A stretch of DNA of 32,000 nucleotides from Zestosphaera tikiterensis (GCA_003056265.1 NBVN01000002.1:330001-362000); one strand, 5' to 3'. Counted from the stretch's first letter, positions 6,992 through 15,166 are shown. A program made the numbers and translations. Notes: generated from the letters alone by a model not told the origin.

Positions 6992-7113
6992 CTATCCACA
7001 CCACAGATGACAGGCCTTCGGTTGTAAGGAGGTATCAAAGCGTTCTATGCTTTAACAGCATAAATAGCGAAAAACGCTTAGCTGGTAAAAATAAATATTA
7101 GAATCCTAGCGTC

Positions 7114-7207
7114 TGGTGCCGCGGCCGGGATTTGAACCCGGGTCACGGGCTTTCCATGCGTGAAGCTCGAGAGGCCCGCATACTTGACCGGGCTATACTA
7201 CCGCGGC
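7114..7207 (-). tRNA. tRNA-Glu: tRNA-Glu (anticodon CUC) with 16-nt intron at 37/38 and encoded CCA
   Basis: The reverse complement reads GCCGCGG-UA-GUAU..GUAU-G-CGGGC-CUCUCG[AGCUUCACGCAUGGAA]A-GCCCG-UGAC-CCGGG-UUCAAAU-CCCGG-CCGCGGC-A-CCA. All four stems pair. The intron (7152-7167) sits in a relaxed BHB with bulges CGA and AAA. A cttataag box lies about 29 nt upstream. Confidence 0.85.
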
Positions 7208-7231
7208 ACCAAAACCTTTAATTTAGTAGAG

Positions 7232-7239
7232 CTTATAAG
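7232..7239 (-). promoter_or_regulatory. TATA-like palindrome cttataag upstream of tRNA-Glu
   Basis: It is centred about 29 nt upstream of the tRNA 5' end at 7207. Confidence 0.4.
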
Positions 7240-7308
7240 TGTTTTGGAGTTTAGTCAATGATTAATCATCTTAACGTTTGGTTAAAGTTATGCAAAACAT
7301 ACTGGAGT

Positions 7309-7764
7309 TTAATCGCTTGGTTTTTTAGTAAAGACCTTCTTTAAGGTAAGGTTTATGATGTAAATTAACAGTATTACCTGAGGTATGTCGAGAATGTAAA
7401 CTGAGTAGGTGGTGTTTGTTGCTATTAAGAAGAAGGGTATTGGAGTAATAGTTAATTTCCTCGTTATCGCTACTGAAGCTACGTATAGGTAATACGTCGT
7501 AGCCGTTAAAACAGAGGAGAGCATGAGTAAATCTCGCGTAATTTTAGAGCTTTTGAATACATGCAGTATTAACATCCCTATAAGTAATGTAAAGGATGTA
7601 ACCGCTGAAAGCACTATATGATCCACCCACATACCAACTAAGGATGAGATAAGCCGGAATAAAGCGTAAATTATCAGATATGAAGAGATGAAAGTTATTA
7701 AGGATAATGCGATGCGGCGTTTTAATGACGATTCAGCATTTCCGGCAGAGATCATCTTTATCAC
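7309..7764 (-). CDS. Hypothetical integral membrane protein (4-5 predicted TM segments)
   Basis: The 151-aa ORF consists of long hydrophobic stretches (LITFISSYLIIYALFRLI, VLSAVTSFTLLIGMLILHVF, IPFFLIATNTTYSVYILDI...). No recognisable family. Confidence 0.55.
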   Translation of the reverse strand: MIKMISAGNAESSLKRRIALSLITFISSYLIIYALFRLISSLVGMWVDHIVLSAVTSFTLLIGMLILHVFKSSKITRDLLMLSSVLTATTYYLYVASVAITRKLTITPIPFFLIATNTTYSVYILDIPQVILLIYIINLTLKKVFTKKPSD

Positions 7765-7833
7765 TAGACCCTCTTCTCATCACTCACTATTAAATATCTA
7801 CAGAAATTAATAAGTGATGAGGTAATTAACGAC

Positions 7834-8505
7834 GTGTATGATGAGGTATACATAGCTTATGAAGAGTTAGCGAAGCACTACAGGAGAAGGGCTTGGACTC
7901 TAGTTCTTAAAGCCTTTAAGAAAGACTGTTCTTTCTTCGCCGACGTAGGCTCCGGACCCGGTCAAAACTCTATCTACGTAGCTTCGTTAAACCCTAAAGT
8001 AAGGGGTGTTTTAATAGATCTTTCACAGTCTATGATCGCTAAATTTGTCAGTATATGCCCCGAAGACCTTAAACATAGGCTCTATCCAGTCGTTGGAGAT
8101 ATGGTTTACCTACCTTTAAGAGACTCCTGTTTAGATTCCATAATAGTTATAGCTTCGTTACATCATATAACATCGAAGGAGAATCGATTACAGGCATTGA
8201 AGGAGTTTCATCGTGTGTTAAAAGAGGACGGCTTAATGCTCGTTACTGTATGGAGTAGATGGCAATACGAACTCGTTAAGGAAGCCTTCAAGGAGGTTAA
8301 GCAATACCTACTTAGGAGGAAGAAGAGCTTCTGGGATGTTAAGAGATGCTCCGGTAGCGTCTGTAGGGAGTATCACCTTTATACTTTAGGTGAGTTAGTA
8401 AGGGATGTGAAATCAGCTGGGTTTAAAATCCTGGATAGAGGTGTTTATACACCTGCTCCAGGTAAGAAACTAAGCAAGAATTATTTCTGCTTATGTTCTA
8501 AGTAA
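7834..8505 (+). CDS. trm9: Class I SAM-dependent methyltransferase, Trm9/ALKBH8-MTase-like
   Basis: It has the SAM motif I ADVGSGPGQ. IVIASLHHITSKENRLQALKEFHRVLKEDGLMLVTVWSRWQ and REYHLYTLGELVRDVKSAGFKI parallel the yeast Trm9 blocks ISIAVVHHWSTRERR...GG.ALIYCWALEQ and YRYYHLYREGEL. Confidence 0.65.
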   Translation: MYDEVYIAYEELAKHYRRRAWTLVLKAFKKDCSFFADVGSGPGQNSIYVASLNPKVRGVLIDLSQSMIAKFVSICPEDLKHRLYPVVGDMVYLPLRDSCLDSIIVIASLHHITSKENRLQALKEFHRVLKEDGLMLVTVWSRWQYELVKEAFKEVKQYLLRRKKSFWDVKRCSGSVCREYHLYTLGELVRDVKSAGFKILDRGVYTPAPGKKLSKNYFCLCSK

Positions 8506-9970
8506 GGTATTTAACCATATATGAAGAGTTCGAAGGTCTTGAATAACCAAGCCTAGCGTAGTATTGTCTAACGCCAACCCCCGATAAAACCAAGATTTTC
8601 TTAGCGTCATACTCTTCAAGAGCTATTCTCTCAGCCTCAAGAAGAAGCTTCCTTCCCCAACCCCTGTGTTGCCATTCCAATATATTGCTGGCTTTACCTC
8701 CTAAACCTATCGGAATTCCATAAACATGTAGTTCCCTAACTATAGCTGTCTTACCCTCCTTAACCTCAGGCCTATGAGCTTTATCGCTAGGTATCCTAAG
8801 TCTTAAAATACCTACGACTAAGTCGTTAATCACGTCTTCAACGGCTAAGAAGATTTCATATCCTTGCCCCGCTTCGTAAGTTAACCTAGTTATTTGAAGG
8901 TTCTTCTCATCCACCGCAACGCCGTCTTTAAGTACTCTCCTAGCGACTTCCCTCCACCTAATCTCCCTTATTTGAATACCTTTCTTTAAGCATGTCTCCT
9001 CAACTAACTCTCTTAAGTTGCTGCTTTTAGGTCCTGCTATAATCAGTTGTGAAGGTACGTCCCTTTGAATTCTTTGAATCCTAACGTACTTAGGTATGTA
9101 TTTATACATCTCACATATTAACTCTACAGCGTCGGAGTCGGAAAGTGCTTTATACTCGCCTTTAACCCACATATCGTAGAGTTCCGTGCCTTCCATCACC
9201 AACGTCGGGTAGATTTTAAGGTAGTCAGGCCTAAAGTCAGGGTCTTCAAACAATGTTTTAATCATTTCAACGTCTCTCTCAAAGTCACTACCGGGTAAGC
9301 CCGGCATTATATGGTAAGTGATTTTAAATCCGGAATCTCTCAACACCCTAGTCGATTCTATAGTATGTTTTACTTTATGACCTCTTCTAACCCTCTCAAG
9401 CACGTCGTCGTAGATGCTCTGCACACCTAACTCAACTTTAGTAGCGCCGAACTTCAGCATTAAATCAGCGTGTTTTTCCATACCCCAATCCGGCCTAGTC
9501 TCTATAGTTAAACCAACGCAGCGTACACCAGCACTTTCATTCCTTAAATGCTCCAACTCAAGCGATGTGTTATTAACCCCCTTTCGAATGTTGGGGTAAT
9601 CGTTTAAAGCTCTAAAAACCTCAGTAACGAACCACTCCTGATAATCTTGAGGGTACGCTAGGAACGTACCACCCATAATAATCAACTCAACCTTCGACGG
9701 GAAAAACCCTAAATACCTATCATACTGACTTAACCTAGTGTGTACCTGATCATAAGGATCAAACCCCACCCTAACAGCCCTCATTAAAGCAGGTTCATCA
9801 CCCACATAGGACTGCGGCGTCCCTCGATCAGGCCCTCCAGGACAATAAACACACCTACCATGTGGGCACGGATACGGCTTAGCCATAACAGCAACAGGAG
9901 CAACACCAGACAACACTCTCGTTAACTTCCTTACCTTCACACCAGAAACGCTTAACAAACCGTCAAGCAT
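8498..9970 (-). CDS. elp3: Elp3-type tRNA U34 carboxymethyl-modification enzyme (radical SAM + GNAT)
   Basis: It has the radical-SAM cluster CPHGRCVYCPGG and a TIM-barrel region. The C-terminal GNAT block reads VRELHVYG....G......WQHRGWGRKLLLEAERIA, the classic Elp3 architecture. Confidence 0.92.
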   Translation of the reverse strand: MLDGLLSVSGVKVRKLTRVLSGVAPVAVMAKPYPCPHGRCVYCPGGPDRGTPQSYVGDEPALMRAVRVGFDPYDQVHTRLSQYDRYLGFFPSKVELIIMGGTFLAYPQDYQEWFVTEVFRALNDYPNIRKGVNNTSLELEHLRNESAGVRCVGLTIETRPDWGMEKHADLMLKFGATKVELGVQSIYDDVLERVRRGHKVKHTIESTRVLRDSGFKITYHIMPGLPGSDFERDVEMIKTLFEDPDFRPDYLKIYPTLVMEGTELYDMWVKGEYKALSDSDAVELICEMYKYIPKYVRIQRIQRDVPSQLIIAGPKSSNLRELVEETCLKKGIQIREIRWREVARRVLKDGVAVDEKNLQITRLTYEAGQGYEIFLAVEDVINDLVVGILRLRIPSDKAHRPEVKEGKTAIVRELHVYGIPIGLGGKASNILEWQHRGWGRKLLLEAERIALEEYDAKKILVLSGVGVRQYYARLGYSRPSNSSYMVKYLT

Positions 9971-11264
9971 AGCCCTAACCCATTAGAAAGAAGTTACGTA
10001 GCTAAAGAATTTAAGGTTTAACTTACATAAGCGTTAACAAACCTATATAAGTCTTAGAGACAACCAACTCTCTTAATATATCCTCTACCATCTCTTTGAC
10101 CTACTTGAATGTTTTAAAGCTGCTTGAGAAATACATGAAACTTTACGCTACCTCAGACTCTTCTTAGCCGTACTACCCCATACGATTAGCGGTTTATTTA
10201 TTACTACCACATTATTGTCAATAAGCGATTTAAAAAAAGTGTCATCACACTAGAATAAAGTGTATGGAAATATTAAGGATCTCTGATGCATATGACCCGA
10301 TATTAAGTCAACGTGAAACTTGTTGAAAGTAAACCTCAGGTAGTACGATTAAGTAAACAACCAAGAGACGCTACTACACTATTCCCCTACATAAAGGTTT
10401 AAAGTTCTAGATCCTGCTTCTCAGTGCTCACACGCAGATATGCAACGATAGGTCTGGGGTACAGGCTCCGTTCCGCTTCTCTCACCCGTTTCTGCTACAG
10501 ATCTGTACACTTATAACATTTGAGGAACTCTTTCCGATAAATGTTTGAGAAGGGGTTTTTAATAGCGTGAGAGAAGATCCTAGGGTTAAGCCATTATATG
10601 AGGCATATAGGAGCATTATGTAAATGCTTTATGGAAAGGCTAAAGATTCATTCTTTGAAGATCTCTTTGTAAGACATACATATATGCGTATGATTGTCTT
10701 AACATCTCTAACACTTGCTTTAGGAAAGATTAGGAAGCCTGAAGATATTGTAAGTGGTCTCTTCTAGAGATAGATGTAGCATTACCATATCTAAACTGGT
10801 GGAATATTGTTTCACGTCATTCCACACTTACACTCAAATACTATTTAGCCAGGGTAGAAATGGAGCTTTCCTTTTTCCTTAGAGTAAGGCAGTATATTCT
10901 CAGCCTTTCTTGGGAACGCCGCTTCCAATGTTTAGACTTTCTGGAAGCTTTTTATAACTTCTCTAAGCATTCATTTCCTCCGTGATGTAGCTTGTCCCAG
11001 TTCTTCACCTTTGAAGCAGATCAGAAGCGAGTATCCGAGGTCTTCCGTATTGTGGAGAGCCCTGAGTCCGAGAGTCATGTGAGGACTGTTGTGGGAGGGT
11101 CTGCCTGGGAACAGAGCTGCTTAAGGAGGTAGCTGAGAGATTTGAAACATCAACAGGCTTCAGGTTCGTCCTGTTGAATGTGTAGACTCCCTCAATGACC
11201 CTTATTTGCGGTATTCTGCCTCCGATTCTCACATGATTAAAGCAAAATAGGCTTTGAATCTAAA

Positions 11265-12404
11265 CTATACGTACCTCTCGAAGAGGTAGTACTGCAGTGG
11301 GCATCTGCTGTAGCCGTGGAGGTAAGGGCAGTGAGAGCACGTAGGCATGTTCACCCAGCAGTCCGACTCATTGCTGTAGGTGTACGAGCAGTAGGGTGCA
11401 AGTTCGCAGTTCAGACACGAAGGCATGAGTGCAAGAGCAGCTCTGATTCTGAACTTTGTGTAGAATTCGCTTCTCCATATCTCTAGAAGCTTCTCCTCCG
11501 AGATGTTCCCGAAGACGACGGGCTCAACCCTCCTCTCAACACCTCTGAACGAGAACCTCCAGCTATGGGCGTAGTGTATGCACGGAGCTACACCTCCGTC
11601 GAACCTAACATAGGTCGTCCTAGCCTCTGCGAACGGGCAAGACCTCTCGTAGCCTAATATGGTGGGTGGAAGAACTATTTTAACCGGTTGTCTAAATTGA
11701 ATATTAATACTTCCATAGATAGCTTTTTCGATCATCTTCCTGAACTTATTCTGCCTCTCGGGACTGTACAGACACGAGTAAGCCTCCTCGTGCTCCCGGG
11801 TGAAGGGGATGATGTGAGATATGAAGACCCTCGTTATACGGAACTTCGCGGCGAAGAGGGGAAGATTCAGAACGTCGTGGCAGTTATAGGATGCAAGAGT
11901 GAACCAGAACGCAATTATAGGGCTCTTCCCCAACTTCTCGGAGACTTCAACAAGCCTTAGAACGCCGTTTAGTACCTCGTTGAACGCTCCTCCAACCCTT
12001 AACCTCCCGTAGAGCTCAGGATCAGCTGAGTCAACGCTTACAACAACACCGTCCACACCCATCTTAACCAAGTCGTCAACGTAGTCGCTGAGCAGAGCTC
12101 CGTTGGTGTTCAGGAGCACTCTGAAGCCCCGCTTCTTCGCTTCACCGAGGATTTCGAGTATATGTGGATGGACTAGGGGCTCCCCCCACCCGGTGAAAGT
12201 GATATTCCTGATGCCGGCCTCTTCGAGCTGATCCAGGAGTCTTCGGTACAGCTCCAAATCCATGTGACTAAACTCGGAGGGCTTCATATAGTTCCTGAAG
12301 CAGTGAACACACCTATAGTTGCAGTGAGTCGTAACTTCAACAACGACTTCAGACGGCTTCGATGGCTGCTCCTCAATTCTGAGACCTCTAAACCTTACCT
12401 CCAA
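11265..12404 (-). CDS. Radical SAM / SPASM-domain protein, putative tungsten-cofactor oxidoreductase maturase (Cmo-like)
   Basis: It has CNYRCVHC (CxxxCxxC), GWGEPL, and a Cys-rich C-terminus (CPFAE...APCIH...CLNCELAPYC...CSHCPY). It lies directly downstream of the AOR gene, as with P. furiosus cmo next to aor. Confidence 0.75.
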   Translation of the reverse strand: MEVRFRGLRIEEQPSKPSEVVVEVTTHCNYRCVHCFRNYMKPSEFSHMDLELYRRLLDQLEEAGIRNITFTGWGEPLVHPHILEILGEAKKRGFRVLLNTNGALLSDYVDDLVKMGVDGVVVSVDSADPELYGRLRVGGAFNEVLNGVLRLVEVSEKLGKSPIIAFWFTLASYNCHDVLNLPLFAAKFRITRVFISHIIPFTREHEEAYSCLYSPERQNKFRKMIEKAIYGSINIQFRQPVKIVLPPTILGYERSCPFAEARTTYVRFDGGVAPCIHYAHSWRFSFRGVERRVEPVVFGNISEEKLLEIWRSEFYTKFRIRAALALMPSCLNCELAPYCSYTYSNESDCWVNMPTCSHCPYLHGYSRCPLQYYLFERYV

Positions 12405-12545
12405 AATCTCAGCCCATTGAACTGTTTGAAGCCTTTAGGGCTTTTTAAGTGTTCAGCTCTCAATAAAGCGACTCTCCTAGCAGGATCAATATTCTTTGTC
12501 CTGGCTAAATAGTATTTAAGTGTAAGTGTGAAACGGTATGGGAAA

Positions 12546-14435
12546 TTATTTTAGTAGTTCGAGTGCTACATCTTCGAGATCTAGCTCCTTAAGCTTTCTC
12601 ACGGTTGGCAGACCTGTCTCCTTATCCCATCCCATTGCCTCATAGTACTCGTCGAGGATAACGTTCAGGTTTACAATCTGCCCTTTGCCTCTTCCATCCG
12701 GTGCTGGCTCCTTTAGGAATCTTTCAGGTAATGTATCATCCTTTCTTGTGAATCCTTCTCTTGCATTGAAGGCCCTTTCAAGATTTATTACACGTTCAGC
12801 ACTTTTTAGGAGGGTCTCCTTATCCGTGTTTATCCCAGTAACTGCGGTAAATAGTCCTGCTAGTGTTGAGGGTTTTACTGCTAATAGTATGCCTGTGAAG
12901 TAGCACATTCCAAGCATGTTGAACAGCATGGAGTATTCTTTGAATGGTTTCACCCATGCCTTATCCGTGTCTTTTAGTGGATCCTTCTTCTCAGTTATAC
13001 CTAGCTCTGGCTCAATGTATCCGAAGGCGTCGACAGCCGATGCATAGGGCCTTAAGTGATCTGCACCTCGCTCCGAAGTCGCGTGGGTTACTACTTCACC
13101 CTTGCTGGCCCTTACACCGTCGGCAGCCATCTCCATGCCTTTGACGTGCATCACATAGTTTATAGCACCTCTCCCTATCTTCAATGCAGCTCTATACGAT
13201 CCCTCAGCTAAGAGGTTGCCGAACCCCTCCCTGTAGGCAATCTTCTTAATCATTTCGATAACCGCATCAGCGTTGCCGAATCTGAGTTCTATCCCGTCGG
13301 TTACAGAACTGTCTATAATACCCCTCTCATACCACTCCATAGCTGTCGCTATTACTTGTCCAGTAGATATAACGTCAAGCCCTAGTCTATTACTCAGATA
13401 GTTGGCCATGGCTATAGCGTACAGATCGGATATACCGAGCTTTGTTCCAAAAGCTGCTACTGCTTCATATTCCGGTCCATGCCCCTTCTCCCCAGCATAC
13501 TTTCCTTCGGGGATCTCAGTATATCTACCGCAGACAACTGGACAGTTATAGCAGGGCCACGGCTTGACCCTGAGTTTTCTATGGTAGGCCTCGTGGTCGA
13601 TCTCAGCAATCTTGTCAAACGTTGTCCTCTGCCAGTTGTATGACGGCAGTATACCGACATCATTTATTGCTTTAGTAAATGCCGGTGTACCATATTTTGC
13701 TAACAATTGGGATGTAAAGGGCTCCGCCTTGATCTCCTCAATCGCCTTGAGAGCGTATTTTCTGAGCATCTCTGGATCCTTTACTGGTACCTCCTTGGTG
13801 CCATAAGCTACAACAGCTTTAAGGTTCTTAGAACCCATTACAGCTCCTCCACCACCTCTACCAGCAGCCCTGCCTCCATCAACCATAATGCTCGCAAATA
13901 GTACAAGGTTCTCTCCAGCAGGACCTATACAGGCAACAGAGGCCTTCTCGTGGGTCTCCTTTAGAAGCTCCTTGGTCGTCTCTTCAACATCAAGACCCCA
14001 CACGTGGTCTGCACTACGAATCTCGACGACTCCGTCGTGAACCCATAGATAAACAGGTTTCTTGGCCTTACCTGTTACAACAAGTACGTCAAATCCAGCC
14101 TTCTTCAGATTAGGAGCGAAGAATCCTCCTACATTGCTTGCACCAATGGTGCCTGTTAGAGGACTCTTAAATACAATGGAAGTTCTACCCGAAGCAGGAA
14201 CCATAGTGGCAGTTAAAGGACCTGTAGTGAATATGATCGGGTTCAGAGGTGAGAAGGCTGAAACCTTAGGTGGAAGCAGATCCCACAAAATCTTTGCTCC
14301 AAAGCCCTCTCCACCAATAAACTTGTAGATCCATTCCTTAGGCAAGTCCTTTACAACAACCTTCTCCCTAGTTAGATCGACGAATGCTATCTTGCCCATA
14401 TAACCGAAGACTTCAGACACCAGTATATCCCCCAC
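12546..14435 (-). CDS. aor: Tungsten-containing aldehyde:ferredoxin oxidoreductase family protein
   Basis: 629 aa with a GTG start. The N-terminus GKIAFVDLT...V.....P......FIGGEGFGAKILWD fits AOR, and later blocks include CYNCPVVCGR (4Fe-4S ligands) and GLDVISTG. Confidence 0.92.
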   Translation of the reverse strand: MGDILVSEVFGYMGKIAFVDLTREKVVVKDLPKEWIYKFIGGEGFGAKILWDLLPPKVSAFSPLNPIIFTTGPLTATMVPASGRTSIVFKSPLTGTIGASNVGGFFAPNLKKAGFDVLVVTGKAKKPVYLWVHDGVVEIRSADHVWGLDVEETTKELLKETHEKASVACIGPAGENLVLFASIMVDGGRAAGRGGGGAVMGSKNLKAVVAYGTKEVPVKDPEMLRKYALKAIEEIKAEPFTSQLLAKYGTPAFTKAINDVGILPSYNWQRTTFDKIAEIDHEAYHRKLRVKPWPCYNCPVVCGRYTEIPEGKYAGEKGHGPEYEAVAAFGTKLGISDLYAIAMANYLSNRLGLDVISTGQVIATAMEWYERGIIDSSVTDGIELRFGNADAVIEMIKKIAYREGFGNLLAEGSYRAALKIGRGAINYVMHVKGMEMAADGVRASKGEVVTHATSERGADHLRPYASAVDAFGYIEPELGITEKKDPLKDTDKAWVKPFKEYSMLFNMLGMCYFTGILLAVKPSTLAGLFTAVTGINTDKETLLKSAERVINLERAFNAREGFTRKDDTLPERFLKEPAPDGRGKGQIVNLNVILDEYYEAMGWDKETGLPTVRKLKELDLEDVALELLK

Positions 14436-14455
14436 TATTATATAAGTTTTACTCT

Positions 14456-14468
14456 CATATAAATCTTT
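14456..14468 (-). promoter_or_regulatory. BRE/TATA-like box (aaagatttatatg on the minus strand) upstream of aor
   Basis: It is centred about 25 nt upstream of GTG 14435, which implies a leaderless or near-leaderless mRNA. Confidence 0.4.
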
Positions 14469-15040
14469 AGTAGACCTTAATTGGACTATTTACTTTAAAT
14501 TAAGTGATTCAATTAATGAGCGTTTCACTACTAGCAATCATCTTATAAGTGAAGGAAGTTGTTAAGATCTAAATTTGATGAATTTGGGAATGTATAAGAG
14601 GTATTTGCGGCAGAGAAAAGGAACGACGGATGGATTGCTTAGTCCTAGTAAAGCGATGTATGAAAGTGCCAACTTATCGACTTCGGATTTACGAAGTCTA
14701 TTCTGAGCATTGTTATAGTTATTAACATGCACACTCTAAATATACTGCGAGTAGCTCTAAAGAATGCTAGGAATACTGAAGAGGAGCCTCGGGATCCTGT
14801 GGAAGGCTACTGGCTCATATATACCACGACACGAAGCGGAAGGTAACACTCGTAGACATCTTCAGAGCTCGCATTCCATAACGTACTTTGCAACCGGTAC
14901 TCTAAGCACTTAGAGAGCCGGAAACTCGAACACGCCATGCGCATGTAAGTCTCCATAGCTGCAGAGAGCAAGCCTTCAGCTAAGTTGCTACGAGAGGGTA
15001 TATAAATCTAATGGAGAGGAAAACCATAAATCTAATTGAG

Positions 15041-15127
15041 TGGCGCCGGGGGCGGGATTTGAACCCGCGCGTGGATACCCACACCGGCTCTCCAGGCCGG
15101 CCCCTTAGACCGCTCGGGCACCCCGGC
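15041..15127 (-). tRNA. tRNA-Ser: tRNA-Ser (anticodon GGA), class II with long variable arm, encoded CCA
   Basis: The reverse complement reads GCCGGGG-UG-CCCG..GGGG-CCGGC-CUGGAGA-GCCGG-UGUGGGUAUCCACGC-GCGGG-UUCAAAU-CCCGC-CCCCGGC-G-CCA. Confidence 0.9.
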
Positions 15128-15166
15128 ACCACATCAATATTAGTTTTGTTTCGTTTTTAAAGTATT

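Larger units (their letters stand above)
6803..7035 (+). repeat. Non-coding element, copy A (family shared with 30385-30730)
   Basis: It aligns collinearly with the reverse complement of 30385-30730. Exact shared strings are 21 nt (acacattaaacatcatcacca), 16 nt (ctgacctcctccccgt) and 14 nt (acttagggttatgg). The termini are complementary: 6808-6828 against 7015-7033. Confidence 0.75.

Noticed and set aside
6913-7101. 62-aa ORF in the track.
   Set aside because: It lies inside element copy A and the AT-rich spacer and has a low-complexity, unrecognisable sequence. The equivalent frame is closed in copy B.
14700-14990. Short frames (…GYWLIYTTTRSGR*, …AFHNVLCNRYSKHLESRKLEHAMRM*) were considered as remnants of a tyrosine integrase next to tRNA-Ser.
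   Set aside because: The spacing between the putative TK..R and H..R boxes is far too short, and the residues fit poorly. This is not supportable without a frameshift-tolerant search.
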